From IMG/VR virus record IMGVR_UViG_3300013370_000001, positions 1 through 38,696 of that record: 38,696 bases of DNA; one strand, given 5' to 3'. The DNA comes from a virus. Below, piece after piece: positions 38,572-38,696 of this stretch (position 1 is the stretch's first letter; each line of letters opens with the position of its first letter). The notes beneath the pieces are model-generated. The model was not told the origin of the DNA. It saw nothing but the letters and a program-made list of their open reading frames with translations, and searched no databases. Made by a program: the position numbers and the translations under genes.

Positions 38572-38696
38572 ATGTGTGAATTGAGCAATGAGCAAGTCTT
38601 TAGCAATTGGCAGGAATGCAATAGAGAAAACCGACAGCAAGGCGCTGATTATTGGCATGACTTTATGAGCAAACGTGCCAAGCGTGGTTATAAGGG
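38572..38696 (+). CDS. Hypothetical protein, 5' part of a 54-codon ORF that crosses the circular junction
   Basis: ATG at 38572 (MCELSNEQVFSNWQEC...). The frame continues in phase through the repeat into bases 1-147. It is the first ORF after the late leader terminator. Confidence 0.45.
   Translation, partial: MCELSNEQVFSNWQECNRENRQQGADYWHDFMSKRAKRGYK
38590..38696. repeat. Terminal direct repeat, copy 2 (identical to 1-107)
   Basis: Same 107 bases as the window start. Confidence 0.95.

Noticed and set aside
1-38696. Retron, DGR, transposon/IS, or toxin-antitoxin modules.
   Set aside because: There is no reverse transcriptase, transposase or inverted terminal repeat pair. No recognisable toxin fold was seen in any frame. 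The only recombinases are the tyrosine integrase and RusA.

Overview
The window is a complete, circularly closed genome of a temperate lambdoid podovirus with P22-like virion genes. Bases 1-107 are identical to 38590-38696, so the unique length is 38589 bp.

Gene order:
- Late operon (+): a 54-codon ORF that crosses the junction, TerS, TerL, a P22-type portal, scaffold and coat. Then come a DUF2829 (Tad2-family) gene, gp4/gp10/gp26-like tail hub genes, an ejection-protein cluster and a tailspike with a P22 gp9-like head-binding N-terminus. The ejection cluster includes a GNAT-like protein and a lysozyme-domain protein.
- A low-GC moron island follows, made of cassettes bounded by terminators: an acyltransferase-3 gene, a 21-codon micro-ORF and a pair of membrane protein genes.
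- Next are a short holin, a GH19 endolysin and an ORF-free promoter-to-terminator unit that may be an sRNA.
- On the minus strand lie a tyrosine integrase, an attP core that is the 3' part of a long-variable-arm tRNA plus its terminator, and a leftward early operon. That operon holds an xis-like gene, a MazG-like gene, SSB, a PD-(D/E)XK nuclease, a Sak4-like ATPase and many small unknown ORFs.
- The immunity switch is a cI (HTH + S24 peptidase) / cro pair with consensus-quality PL and PR. Four copies of a 16-bp palindromic operator overlap these promoters.
- The rightward early operon has a Rha-like regulator, an AntA/KilAC antirepressor, an O-like initiator with internal iterons, a P-like loader, RusA, a DUF5664 protein, an HNH-like protein, NinB and a Q antiterminator. 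A PR'-like promoter and a roughly 350-nt ORF-free leader follow.

Most interesting observations:
- Two cis-antisense sRNA candidates, each a promoter paired with an intrinsic terminator pointing against the local operon. One resembles P22 sar and lies over the start of the antirepressor gene.
- The Tad2-family gene inside the head module.
- Several autonomous promoter-gene-terminator morons encoding small membrane proteins.
- A structured 187-nt ORF-free spacer downstream of ssb.
- Two unrelated NTP-pyrophosphohydrolase-like genes.

All functional calls rest on motif recognition by eye. No database search was run, and the host cannot be established from the sequence alone.
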